Shown in pieces: positions 1 through 9,845 of a stretch of DNA of 64,000 nt. A model generated the notes under the pieces. The model was not told the origin of the DNA and searched no databases. It was given only the letters and a program-made list of their open reading frames with translations. Origin of the DNA: an uncultured Mollicutes bacterium (GTDB lineage Bacteria > Bacillota_I > Bacilli_A > RFN20 > CAG-826); assembly GCA_945936135.1 (NCBI GenBank), contig CAMESG010000004.1, forward strand, positions 50,520 to 114,519. Direction: 5' to 3'. Both the position numbers and the translations under genes were made by a program. The first letter of the stretch is position 1, and each line of letters starts with the position of its first letter.

Positions 1-195
1 TTCTTCGGCGGCAATCAATCCATTTGGTTCATTCTGATCCTCGGAATCCCCATCCAAGCGATTCTCGTCCTTCTCGCGAATTGGAAGAAGACGCCCAAGA
101 AAAAGCCGAGTCAATCGAAACAATCATGAATTCTCCTAAATGGAGAATTCTTTTCTTCTCGCGTAGGCGCAGGAATAGAGGCGCTTTGCTTTCTT

Positions 196-212
196 CATGC
201 ATATAATGCATG
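196..212. promoter_or_regulatory. 17-bp perfect palindrome CATGCAT-ATA-ATGCATG carrying a TATAAT -10 hexamer, about 15 bp upstream of the 228 GTG start
   Basis: Read directly from the sequence; the arms are exact reverse complements; TATAAT lies at 202-207. Confidence 0.3.
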
Positions 213-227
213 CTAGGTAGGTAGTCC

Positions 228-3200
228 GTGAAAAAAGAAAGTTCCTTCGCTCTACGTTCCATCCTCGGGATCACGCTCGGGGCGGTTTTGCTTGCTTCCT
301 GCTTTCACGTAACTCGCCCTTTCACCCCCTCAGAAAAAGAGGACGATAACTCGACGGCTTCTTCTCTTTCGCCAGATGGAGAAGAGGGAAAACACCGCTT
401 CCTTCAAAGCTTTTCAAGCCTTGCAAAAGGTGGTGTCCAGTTAAAGATCGATGAGGGGTTCTATACGATTGACGCGAAAGTCGAAGGCAAAGAAAACCGA
501 ATCGATTTTCAAAACGCAGAACTTCGTTTTGCCTTAGAAGGGTTTTCCCTCCATGACCTTTATTTATCGTTGGACGCCCCAATTTCCTATAACGGTGTCT
601 CCCGTTATCTCGGATTATATCTTGCAAACGACGAGCTCTATTTCAACGTCGCTTCGCCAGAATCCAACGAAGGTCAAGGCTTCAAAGGGCCTTCCATCAA
701 ATACAAAACGGACCTCACGCCTTACGTCGGCGAATACGATGATCCGACAGGTGGGACAACCCAATACGAATACGGGCACCTTTCCTGGATCATCGAAAAC
801 ATCCTGGAAACCATTCAAAGCTCCACGGGATCGGCCGTCTCGATCCCCAAGAAGGATGGCGAGGAAACGACGGCCATCGATTGGACTCATGTTTTATCTT
901 GCTTCGATACAATTGAGGAAACAAGGGTCGATTCCTTGCCTTACTTCACCCTCAATCTCTCGTTAAAAGAGGGTGGAATCGTTTATCCGATTGGTTTCTC
1001 GGCGGACGCCAACTTCGCTTGGACCGGGGTCGATTTCCCCGCAGCGACTTCTTCTACCCCGGAATTCTCCTTGACGCCTACCAGCCGAATCAAACTCAAG
1101 GCCTCGGTTGATAGCGAGGCTGCGCCCGTCGACTGGAAAAAGCCAAGCGACGAAGGAAGTTATCTTCCTCTCCAAAACTCTTTGGATCTCTTCACGAGAA
1201 TCACCCGTTACATAAGCAGCGCCTCGTTCAACATCGATCTCGACATGACGATTCTCCATCACGAGGACGAAATCCCGAGCACCCCGACTTCTTTTGGACG
1301 CGGTGAAGTCGACGAAGGACTGAGCCTGAAGGCGAACGCATCCGTCGACACGGAAGGTGCTTCCTTGGATTCTATCGGGGCGAAGCTCCAGATGGAATAT
1401 CTTAAACGCCAAGTCGAAGGAGATCTCGTTCAATACCTTCCAACAGGCCAAACGAGTTCCATCGATTTCGAATACGAAAGCGCCGCGATTGATCCCAATC
1501 ATCGCATCTTTGGACGGCTGAATAACGCCACGGCTTTCCGCACCTCAAAGACGGTGATGGATGCCTTGGTTGCAAAGTTCTCAGGGCTCAACGTCGGCAA
1601 AGCGGATAACGCTTCAAACGGCATGTTCGCCGGCTTGCTTTCTTCGATGGATGCGATTGCAGTTCAAATCGAAGAATTGAAGAAAAGCGCCCTTGGCTCT
1701 GGGTTGATCGATGGGCATTATGAATCCGTCCTTGAAATTCTTACGGGCATCGAGATCTCGGATAACCTTTGGAAATTGACCTTGGACCTTTCCAAAGCCG
1801 GACTTTCGGGCATGATCTATCTGACACTTTCCGGCAAAGAAGGAGATTCCCTTGCAAGCATCGTCTTCGAGAAAGCGAAGTTCGCCTTCTTCGAATTCTC
1901 GGGAACGTTAACCGTTGGGGAATATCAAGAGATTGCCATTACGGACAAGGATTCGTTTAACGAATTGACCCACGTTCCCTCGATCAGCGATCAACTCGGC
2001 ATGCTCGTTTCTTCCAAGCAAGTCCAGATCAATTTCTCGGGGTATTCTTTGAAAGAAGGCACGACAGCGACCAACAAATACACGGATAACACCTATCAGA
2101 GGACGGAGGAAGGCAGTGAATTCAGCGGCACTTTTGCTTTGGATTTAGAGAAATCCATGGGCGCCGGCAATCTTGCCATCATCAACCGCATGGCCAATTA
2201 CTTTGAAAAGCACTACGTGGATGTTGACGTCAGCGGACCGGCGATCGATGGAAGCGACGCTTCAACCGACAATCAAATGTTCCTCCGCTACCATAGCGAC
2301 GGTGCAAGCAACGGACCTTTGATGGGTCGCATGTCGATCACATCTTTAAACGAAGTGATCCAATTGGTCTTGAACCTGACCCAAAGCAACGACCCACGTT
2401 ATAAACGTTTGGGCAACCTTTTCTCTAGCGACGGCGCCACTTCTTTGATCAGCAAAATCCAGCAAGGCAAGTTCTTAGACGCCCTTTCTAGCGAACTTGT
2501 GAAATCCCTCTCCATTCAACCCGAACTCACAACCCTTGTCCTGCCAAAATCGATGCTCGGCCTTTACGACGATCTAACGATTCGCCTCCACTTTGGGGAC
2601 AAGACCTTCCATAGCGATGATGAAGGCAACGTGAACATAACCAATGCCTTGAACACCATCGAAATCGAGACAAAATCAGGCAGCGAGGAAGCGATCAATG
2701 ACCTCTACATCAAAATCGATCTTATTGAAGTCGATATCAATGAAACTGCCGTTGACCCCGAAACTAATAACCCGATTCTTTACCGGAACTTTGGGCAGAA
2801 TCCGAACCTTGGCTCTTTCACGGACTTCACTAGCCTTTCTTCGTTAGTAGAACACCTTCTAGGAACAATCTCCTTGGGCGTCACGGATACGAACAACCTG
2901 ACGACCTACCATCTTTCGGGAAACGTGCAATTGAAGGCTCTCGGCATCAATGCAGGCAACGTCGGAATCGATGCCTTCATCTCCTTAGACGGCATTCAAG
3001 TCAACGTCTATGGTCGTATTCACACGCCGAAAGTCATCGTTGTCGCCAATAGGGAAACCTGGACCGACTTCTTCTACCACACCGATGGAAACGATCCAAC
3101 AGGAACGCTATATTTCAGGCGTTTACAGAAATGGACTTCTTGGTTTCAAGATCAATACGAACTCACCGAACACAAATTAACAGGAGAGTATTTCGCAGAA

Positions 3201-3743
3201 AACCTTTTGGATTGGGTGTTGTTCTACATGCTCGGTTTAAGCAACACCATCTATGATGCGGTCCACAAAGAAACCAATCCTTCCGAAGGCATTAACGGGG
3301 AAGACGTTTTAACTTCTTATGGATCCAAAGGCACCGCGGAGGAGCCGATTTGGTCTATTGGAATGAATATCCAAGAAGTCGGTCAGCTTTCTGTCTCCAT
3401 GAACCTTGACGCCGATCTTTACGGAGCGAGAATCAACGCCAATTCCAACGCCGATCATGCGATTCGCAGAATGACGGGGAAACTCACCGTTCTTTCGATC
3501 ATCACCATGAACCCTGACCTTTCCGTGACAAACCTCACCTCCAATGGGGATGGTTATGCTTATCACGATTCCTGGACGGACACCGCATATAACCAAGCCA
3601 CCGTTGATCTAGACAAAGGAAAAACCCAGACTGGTGGCGTCGACTCCTTATTCCATTCCTACTTCTACGACGAAGGCAATTCCGCTTACATCGCGAAGAT
3701 CCAGAACATGGGCTATACGACAGCCCTTCCGCCCATCAATTGA
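228..3743 (+). CDS. large predicted lipoprotein (1171 aa) of unknown function
   Basis: GTG start preceded by AGGTAGG; signal peptide ending in the lipobox LLASC; long uninterrupted ORF with no recognisable catalytic motif. Confidence 0.55.
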   Translation: MKKESSFALRSILGITLGAVLLASCFHVTRPFTPSEKEDDNSTASSLSPDGEEGKHRFLQSFSSLAKGGVQLKIDEGFYTIDAKVEGKENRIDFQNAELRFALEGFSLHDLYLSLDAPISYNGVSRYLGLYLANDELYFNVASPESNEGQGFKGPSIKYKTDLTPYVGEYDDPTGGTTQYEYGHLSWIIENILETIQSSTGSAVSIPKKDGEETTAIDWTHVLSCFDTIEETRVDSLPYFTLNLSLKEGGIVYPIGFSADANFAWTGVDFPAATSSTPEFSLTPTSRIKLKASVDSEAAPVDWKKPSDEGSYLPLQNSLDLFTRITRYISSASFNIDLDMTILHHEDEIPSTPTSFGRGEVDEGLSLKANASVDTEGASLDSIGAKLQMEYLKRQVEGDLVQYLPTGQTSSIDFEYESAAIDPNHRIFGRLNNATAFRTSKTVMDALVAKFSGLNVGKADNASNGMFAGLLSSMDAIAVQIEELKKSALGSGLIDGHYESVLEILTGIEISDNLWKLTLDLSKAGLSGMIYLTLSGKEGDSLASIVFEKAKFAFFEFSGTLTVGEYQEIAITDKDSFNELTHVPSISDQLGMLVSSKQVQINFSGYSLKEGTTATNKYTDNTYQRTEEGSEFSGTFALDLEKSMGAGNLAIINRMANYFEKHYVDVDVSGPAIDGSDASTDNQMFLRYHSDGASNGPLMGRMSITSLNEVIQLVLNLTQSNDPRYKRLGNLFSSDGATSLISKIQQGKFLDALSSELVKSLSIQPELTTLVLPKSMLGLYDDLTIRLHFGDKTFHSDDEGNVNITNALNTIEIETKSGSEEAINDLYIKIDLIEVDINETAVDPETNNPILYRNFGQNPNLGSFTDFTSLSSLVEHLLGTISLGVTDTNNLTTYHLSGNVQLKALGINAGNVGIDAFISLDGIQVNVYGRIHTPKVIVVANRETWTDFFYHTDGNDPTGTLYFRRLQKWTSWFQDQYELTEHKLTGEYFAENLLDWVLFYMLGLSNTIYDAVHKETNPSEGINGEDVLTSYGSKGTAEEPIWSIGMNIQEVGQLSVSMNLDADLYGARINANSNADHAIRRMTGKLTVLSIITMNPDLSVTNLTSNGDGYAYHDSWTDTAYNQATVDLDKGKTQTGGVDSLFHSYFYDEGNSAYIAKIQNMGYTTALPPIN

Positions 3744-3796
3744 TTTGGGCAAAAGAAATGGCCGACCCAAAGGTCAGCCATTCGTTTTATGAAATT

Positions 3797-4477
3797 TCAT
3801 CCGATAACAATCGTCATCCAAAGACCATATAAGGCATAAGAACTTTCGTTCCTAATCGAGATATACGTGTCATAAACAGGGAAAGACACTGCATAGGTTT
3901 TCTCGTCAGAAACCACGGGTTCTGCATCAATTTTTGTATTGAAAGCGCCCTTTTCGGTCCCTGCATAGGCGGTTAACGCGCCCGTATATTGACCTTTATT
4001 TAGATAGAAGAACGTCACAGACCCAGAGAGTTTCTGGTTGGATGTGATCTCGGAGACGCCCTTCTTCATTTGGAAAACTGGGGTCGCGTTGCCTTCGATA
4101 TCCTGGGTGTTTCCCTGCATGACGTAAGAGGTCGTGAAGGAATATCCATCCTTTTCAACCAAGGCATTCTCAGGGTAGGTGTTATTCGCTTTCTCGGGGA
4201 AGTCAGAGATGTTGAAGACGTACTCATGAGCAAGCAAGGTGGAGGATTGATCCGTATCGTCTGAGCCCGTTGGCTCTTCCGACGTGGAACTTGGTTGCTC
4301 AGAAGTCGTGCTGGATTCATCCGAGGTTTCGCTAGATTCATCCGGACTTTCAATGACCGATGAACTTGATTCGAAAATCGAAGAAGAATCTTCTACGGAC
4401 GAAGACTCGTTAGAAGAAGATGTCCCGCAGGAAGCAAGAATCCCCGCGGTCAATATGAGAAGGGAAATGTTTTTCAT
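3797..4477 (-). CDS. small lipoprotein with a Ser/Glu-rich low-complexity linker
   Basis: Signal peptide plus lipobox ILASCG; roughly 60 aa of S/E/D/T-rich linker followed by a globular C-terminal part. Confidence 0.5.
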   Translation of the reverse strand: MKNISLLILTAGILASCGTSSSNESSSVEDSSSIFESSSSVIESPDESSETSDESSTTSEQPSSTSEEPTGSDDTDQSSTLLAHEYVFNISDFPEKANNTYPENALVEKDGYSFTTSYVMQGNTQDIEGNATPVFQMKKGVSEITSNQKLSGSVTFFYLNKGQYTGALTAYAGTEKGAFNTKIDAEPVVSDEKTYAVSFPVYDTYISIRNESSYALYGLWMTIVIG

Positions 4478-4525
4478 ATACCAACATTATAGATATTTCC
4501 TTACGCGATAAGCCATCCTAAAAGC

Positions 4526-4539
4526 GTTCCTATAGGAAC
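4526..4539. promoter_or_regulatory. perfect 14-bp palindrome GTTCCTATAGGAAC in the divergent promoter region between the 4477 lipoprotein gene and pepF
   Basis: Seen in sequence; exact inverted repeat 50 bp upstream of the pepF ATG. Confidence 0.3.
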
Positions 4540-4589
4540 AAACCCCGGCTTTGTTGTAGACTTATCCACGAAAGGAAACACATTGCTTT

Positions 4590-6371
4590 ATGAATCAAAA
4601 CCACAATTGGGATCTTACCTACTTCTACAAAACCGAAGAGGAATTCCAACGGGATCTTGAATCCTTCAAGAAACTCATTCCTTCCGTTGCTTCTTTTCAA
4701 GGAAAGATCGCTTCGGAAGAGGGACTTACGGGCTATCTAACCCTCGATAAGGAAATCACGAAGATCTACATCAAACTCGCCTTCTATTCTTCGATGCGCG
4801 CCGACTTGAACCGCAAAAACTCGGAGAACGTCGCCGCGGAATCCAAGGTTGAATTGGTCCTTCAAAACCTCATCAACGTTTCGAGCTATTTCGAACCGGA
4901 GCTCCTAGCCTACGGCAAAGAAAACGTCGAAGCCTTCTTGGCCAAGCACCCCGAATTCGACGAATACTCCTTCTCCTTCGAGAAGCTTTTCCGCGGCCAG
5001 GCCCACGTCTTGACCGCGGATAAAGAAGCCCTTCTCTCCGCGTTTAGTCCTTTGAGTTCGGAGGCCGGGAACCTCTATTCCATGCTGACCGTCGCGGACT
5101 ACAAACCAAAGAAAGTCACGTTATCCGATGGATCCGAAATCGAAGTCAACCTCTCCAACTGGACCTCGATCATGGGGAAAACGGAAAAGCCAGAAGACCG
5201 TCAAGCGATCTTCGAATGCCTCTATTCGTATTATGATGACCGCAAAAACGTCTATGGAGAGATCTACAATACGGGACTTCAAATCCAACTCGCCAACATG
5301 CGCACGCGCGGGTACTCTTCTATTTTAGAGGAGCATCTCTTCCATAACGCGATCCCAACCTCCGTCTTCCATTCCTTGGTCGACGTCGCTTCTAGCGATG
5401 AAGGCACCGCTCCTCTGAAGCGTTATTATGAGCTTCGCCGCAAGGCTTTAGGTCTTACGAAGCATCGCTCTTACGATCGCTTCCTCCAACTTGCGAAGTC
5501 CGAAAAGACCTACACCTATGAAGAAGCGCGCGATCTCTTCTTCTCCTCGATTGCAGGAATGCCAAATGATTTCCAAGAAAAGGCGCATGAAGTCTTAAAA
5601 GAAGGCTTTGTTGACGTCAATCCCGCCCCCGGCAAGCGCACCGGCGCCTATTCCAACGGAGGCTATGACTTCCACCCTTACATTCTTTTGAACTTCCAAG
5701 GAGAATTGGACGATGCCTTCACCCTTGCCCACGAAGCAGGCCACTCGATCCACACCCTCTATAGTGAAGAAGCCCAAAAGACCTTGAAGCAAAATTACAC
5801 GATCTTCGTCGCGGAAATCGCCTCGACCTTCAATGAGCACAACCTTTTGGATTACCTCCTCAACAGCGGAACCCTTTCGAAGAACGACCGCATCGCTCTC
5901 CTTCAAAAGGCGATTGATGAAATCTGTTCGACTTTCTACCGCCAGACCTTATTCGGACACTTCGAATACGAAGCTTCCCTCCTCGCGGAGAAAGGCGAAC
6001 CCGTTAACGCAGACGTCCTTTCGAAGATCATGATCGATCTCTATGCCCGTTATTACGGTATCGACATCAAGGAAGAGAAGGTCAAGCCCTTGGTCTGGGC
6101 CTATATTCCTCACCTCTTCTACACCCCATTCTACGTCTATCAATATGCGACGAGTTTCACGAGTTCCATGTTGATCTATGAACGCGTGAAAGAAGGAAGG
6201 GAAGGCGCGATGGATGGCTACCTCTCCTTGCTTCGCAGCGGCGGAAGCGATTACCCCGTCGAGCAAGTCAAAAAAGCAGGCGTCGATCTCACAAGCAAGG
6301 AACCCTTCCTCGCGGTCGTCAAACGCATGAGCGAACTCGTCGATCTCCTTGCAAAGGAACTTGGAGAATAA
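4590..6371 (+). CDS. pepF: oligoendopeptidase F (M3B family)
   Basis: 593 aa; HEAGH zinc-binding motif (TLAHEAGHSIH); length and overall pattern typical of PepF. Confidence 0.9.
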   Translation: MNQNHNWDLTYFYKTEEEFQRDLESFKKLIPSVASFQGKIASEEGLTGYLTLDKEITKIYIKLAFYSSMRADLNRKNSENVAAESKVELVLQNLINVSSYFEPELLAYGKENVEAFLAKHPEFDEYSFSFEKLFRGQAHVLTADKEALLSAFSPLSSEAGNLYSMLTVADYKPKKVTLSDGSEIEVNLSNWTSIMGKTEKPEDRQAIFECLYSYYDDRKNVYGEIYNTGLQIQLANMRTRGYSSILEEHLFHNAIPTSVFHSLVDVASSDEGTAPLKRYYELRRKALGLTKHRSYDRFLQLAKSEKTYTYEEARDLFFSSIAGMPNDFQEKAHEVLKEGFVDVNPAPGKRTGAYSNGGYDFHPYILLNFQGELDDAFTLAHEAGHSIHTLYSEEAQKTLKQNYTIFVAEIASTFNEHNLLDYLLNSGTLSKNDRIALLQKAIDEICSTFYRQTLFGHFEYEASLLAEKGEPVNADVLSKIMIDLYARYYGIDIKEEKVKPLVWAYIPHLFYTPFYVYQYATSFTSSMLIYERVKEGREGAMDGYLSLLRSGGSDYPVEQVKKAGVDLTSKEPFLAVVKRMSELVDLLAKELGE

Positions 6372-6393
6372 GGCTTTCTAGATCCAACAAAAA

Positions 6394-6415
6394 ACGGCGC
6401 ATCTGCGTCGTTTTT
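6394..6415. terminator. bidirectional rho-independent terminator between pepF and the convergent membrane-protein gene
   Basis: Hairpin ACGGCGCA-tc-TGCGTCGT flanked by an A-run upstream and T5 downstream. Confidence 0.55.
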
Positions 6416-6422
6416 CGTTTGT

Positions 6423-7520
6423 TTAGGCTTTTTTCTTCCAGGCTTCGCCAATCTTATCCGGAGCCGGGATTGGGCTGACATCGGTCTTGGTGCGGTCCAT
6501 CGTTAAGTTCGAAGCAGGCTTCTTTAGAGGCGCAGGCCCCTGAACGATGATCGGCGTCGCCGGAGCCTTCTTCATGGCGAGCAAGGTCAAATCTTCTTTG
6601 GCCGCCACTTCCCCAGCGTTGCTCAATTTGTTTTGTTGAGCGAGCATGTCGAGGATTTCACGCTGGACAGGGAAGTTTGCTTGACCATTCAGATAGCCAA
6701 ATTCCTTTTCGCGGATCGAATGATCCACCTTGCCGACAAAATAGGCGAAGTAGGTTAATTCGTCCTTTGTAAGGGGCGAGGTTTTTACTTTCTCGAAGAC
6801 GTAGGGGTAGAGCAAATCCAACATCTCGTCGTACTTCTTCTTGCGGTAAAGCTTGAAGAAATTGTTGCGGACTTCCGAGGGCTTCGGGACGAAAGGCTCG
6901 CCGAAGTGTTTGGAGCAATAACGGATCGAACGACGACGCATCGAATAGATCTTACGGTACTTGAAGGGAGGGATCACGCAATAGAGAATCTCGAAGATCG
7001 AGGCGGCACCGATGAAAGCGAAGTCCGCGTAAAGGGCAAGGCCAATCCAAGTGTTTTGCATTTGGCTCACCAATTCCGGATTGAATTGCGCGGCAACGGG
7101 AGGAACCAAGAAGAGCGCCCAGAAAACGGGGAGCACCCACTGGAGGGCCCAAATGGGAATCGCGAAGATAAGGAAGATCGCGCGTTTCATGACCATCTTC
7201 CTCGCCATCGAGGCAGGAACGATCAAAAGAATGCAAGTCGCCGCCAGGTGAAGGGAATAGTAATTGATGAAATCCACCAAGGTGGAATCCGCGTTAGGAA
7301 CATGAAGAACAATGCCTTCCATGAAGGTGAAAAGCTCCGGCTTATAAAGCCAAGCGAAGAAGAAGCCCATCGCAAGAGCGAGGAAGATCAAAGAAACGAA
7401 ACCTTGGACGACGACAGAAGTTTTTGGGCGACTGCCATAGCCCTTCTCTAAAAATGCGCGGTTAACCATAGCATTTATACTATAGAGGAAATTTTCCTTA
7501 AAGAAACGCCTTTTTTCCAT
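6423..7520 (-). CDS. polytopic membrane protein of unknown function
   Basis: 365 aa with several hydrophobic helices and a charged C-terminal tail. Confidence 0.5.
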   Translation of the reverse strand: MEKRRFFKENFLYSINAMVNRAFLEKGYGSRPKTSVVVQGFVSLIFLALAMGFFFAWLYKPELFTFMEGIVLHVPNADSTLVDFINYYSLHLAATCILLIVPASMARKMVMKRAIFLIFAIPIWALQWVLPVFWALFLVPPVAAQFNPELVSQMQNTWIGLALYADFAFIGAASIFEILYCVIPPFKYRKIYSMRRRSIRYCSKHFGEPFVPKPSEVRNNFFKLYRKKKYDEMLDLLYPYVFEKVKTSPLTKDELTYFAYFVGKVDHSIREKEFGYLNGQANFPVQREILDMLAQQNKLSNAGEVAAKEDLTLLAMKKAPATPIIVQGPAPLKKPASNLTMDRTKTDVSPIPAPDKIGEAWKKKA

Positions 7521-7524
7521 AAGG

Positions 7525-7554
7525 AAAAGGGGATTCGCCTCAAGGCAAACCCCC
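7525..7554 (-). terminator. rho-independent terminator of clpB
   Basis: Minus-strand RNA GGGGGUUUGCC-uuga-GGCGAAUCCCC (11 bp with G-U wobbles) followed by UUUU. Confidence 0.5.
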
Positions 7555-7570
7555 TTTAGGAAAATTTCGC

Positions 7571-9697
7571 TTATAACACGGGTTTAATCACGAGCTTTTC
7601 GCCATCGCGATCAAGGATCATATCGTGATCAATCGGTAGGGCACCTTTGATGATTTGCTCCGCCAAATAGGTCTCAACTTGATCTTGAATGAATCTTTTG
7701 ATTGGACGAGCGCCGAATTCTTCGTTGTAGGATTCGTCTAAGATCCAATCCTTTAAGGCATCGGAGAAGGTAATCAAATAATGCCCTTCTACCAAACGGG
7801 TCGAAAGCTCTTGCAGCATCTTGTCAACGATCTTCTTTTGCGCTTCCTTCCCTAATGGGTTGAAGTAGACGATTTCATCGATTCGGTTAAGAAACTCGGG
7901 CTTGAAAGTATGGGCCAAAAGTTCTTGTGCTTCCCCTTTGTTTCCTTCAAGCAAGGCTTTGGAACCAAGGTTGCTCGTCATGATAATAACCGTGTTCTTG
8001 AAGTCGACGATATGGCCTTGGCTATCCGTGAGTCTTCCTTCGTCAAGCACCTGAAGCAAGAGGTTGAAGACTTCGGGATCCGCCTTTTCAATCTCATCGA
8101 AAAGAACAATGGAATATGGGTTTCTGCGCACTTTTTCGGTCAATTGACCGCCTTCTTCGTAGCCAACGTAGCCTGGCGCAGCGCCAATCAAACGAGAGAC
8201 GCTGTATTTCTCCATGTACTCAGACATGTCGATGCGGATGATGTTGTTCTCATTATCGAACAAGGCTTCCGCTAACGCCTTCGAGACTTCCGTTTTGCCT
8301 ACGCCCGTTGGACCGAGGAAAAGGAAACTGCCAATTGGGCGATTCGGGTTCTTAATCCCGGCGCGTTGACGGAGAATCGCGTTGGAAACCAAGCGGATTG
8401 CTTCGTCTTGCCCAATGACACGCTTCGCTAAGGTATCGCGAAGATCCAAGACCTTTTCTTTCTCACCTTTCGCGATTCGGGCAACAGGAATGCCGGTCAT
8501 CTTGGCGACGATCTCCGCGATTTCTTCTTCATCGACGACTTCGTTGACCAAACGATCCGTTTCGGCGTTCTTCTCCTTCATCGCGCGAAGTTGAGCTTCA
8601 AGCTCAGGAATGACTTGGTATTGAAGTTGCGACGCCTTTTGGTAGTCGCCGTTTTGGAAGTTCGTCTGGAGATCGAATTTCGCGCGTTCAAGTTTTTCCT
8701 TCAAACCTTTCGCGTTCGCGACATCTTTCTTCTCTTCTTCCCAGAGGTTCATAAGGCTTTGAAAGTTCGCCTTTTCTTTGTCGAGTTCTTGTTCCAATTC
8801 TTCAAGACGCTTCTTAGAACTTTCGTCCTTTTCCTTCTTGAGAGCTACGCGCTCAATCTCCAATTGACGAATTTTGCGGTTGGATTCATCAAGTTCCGTC
8901 GGCATCGATTCGATTTCGACCTTGATGCCAGCGCAGGCTTCATCCAAAAGGTCAATGGCCTTATCCGGCAAGAAGCGGTTCGTGATGTAGCGATTCGAAA
9001 GGGTGGCTGCGGCCACCAAGGCGCCATCGGTGATTTGAACGCCGTGATAGGATTCAAAACGTTCCTTCAAGCCGCGAAGAATGGAGATCGTATCCGCAAC
9101 GGTGGGCTCTCCGACCATGACGGGTTGGAAGCGGCGTTCTAGCGCGCGGTCTTTTTCAATGTATTTGCGATACTCATTAAGCGTGGTCGCGCCAATGCAT
9201 TCGATTTCGCCACGCGCAAGCAAGGGTTTCAGCATATTGCTCGCATCAAGGCTGCCTTCCGCGTTGCCCGCCCCAACGATCAAATGGATTTCATCGATGA
9301 AAAGGATGATCTTTCCTTCCGATTCCTTGATCTTGTTTAAAACCGCTTTCAAGCGTTCTTCGAATTCGCCGCGGTATTTCGCCCCGGCGACAAGGCTCCC
9401 CATATCGAGTTCATAGATTTCTTTATCCTTCAGAGAAGCAGGGACATCCTCTTTTACAATGCGTTCGGCCAAACCTTCAAGAATCGCGGTTTTGCCAACG
9501 CCTGGTTCGCCTAAAAGGACAACGTTGTTTTTCGTCTTGCGCGAAAGAATTTGAATGACTTTCCGGATTTCGTCGTCGCGCCCGATCACGGGATCAACCT
9601 TGCCCGAAGCGACGAGTTCGTTGAGATTGCGCCCGAAACGATTCAAGATTTCGGGATCGTCCATGTAATTTTCTGGACCCATTTGTTGAAATTGCAT
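7571..9697 (-). CDS. clpB: ClpB-type AAA+ disaggregase lacking the N-terminal domain
   Basis: Two Walker A boxes ([16 protein letters not shown]); coiled-coil middle domain between the two nucleotide-binding domains; 708 aa with no N-domain. Confidence 0.9.
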   Translation of the reverse strand: MQFQQMGPENYMDDPEILNRFGRNLNELVASGKVDPVIGRDDEIRKVIQILSRKTKNNVVLLGEPGVGKTAILEGLAERIVKEDVPASLKDKEIYELDMGSLVAGAKYRGEFEERLKAVLNKIKESEGKIILFIDEIHLIVGAGNAEGSLDASNMLKPLLARGEIECIGATTLNEYRKYIEKDRALERRFQPVMVGEPTVADTISILRGLKERFESYHGVQITDGALVAAATLSNRYITNRFLPDKAIDLLDEACAGIKVEIESMPTELDESNRKIRQLEIERVALKKEKDESSKKRLEELEQELDKEKANFQSLMNLWEEEKKDVANAKGLKEKLERAKFDLQTNFQNGDYQKASQLQYQVIPELEAQLRAMKEKNAETDRLVNEVVDEEEIAEIVAKMTGIPVARIAKGEKEKVLDLRDTLAKRVIGQDEAIRLVSNAILRQRAGIKNPNRPIGSFLFLGPTGVGKTEVSKALAEALFDNENNIIRIDMSEYMEKYSVSRLIGAAPGYVGYEEGGQLTEKVRRNPYSIVLFDEIEKADPEVFNLLLQVLDEGRLTDSQGHIVDFKNTVIIMTSNLGSKALLEGNKGEAQELLAHTFKPEFLNRIDEIVYFNPLGKEAQKKIVDKMLQELSTRLVEGHYLITFSDALKDWILDESYNEEFGARPIKRFIQDQVETYLAEQIIKGALPIDHDMILDRDGEKLVIKPVL

Positions 9698-9761
9698 CGA
9701 GATTACCTCCTATAATGCAGCTGCCTCTTTTCTTGAGGCCTGCTATATTGTAGCGCACAAT

Positions 9762-9788
9762 TTAGCACTCGCAAGTATTGAGTGCTAA
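9762..9788. promoter_or_regulatory. CIRCE element (HrcA operator) upstream of clpB, overlapping a putative -35 TTGCGA / -10 TACAAT promoter
   Basis: Exact match to the consensus TTAGCACTC-N9-GAGTGCTAA, about 65 bp upstream of the clpB ATG. Confidence 0.8.
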
Positions 9789-9845
9789 AAATGGAAAGGA
9801 AGTAAAATAATGCCGATCCGTTCGAGTGTTTCTATATACGAATTT

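Noticed and set aside
7910-9416. Several 70-180 aa ORFs antisense to clpB, with similar antisense ORFs inside adhE, the ABC genes and the hydrogenase genes
   Set aside because: They are fully embedded in strongly supported genes on the other strand and have biased, repetitive composition typical of shadow ORFs.
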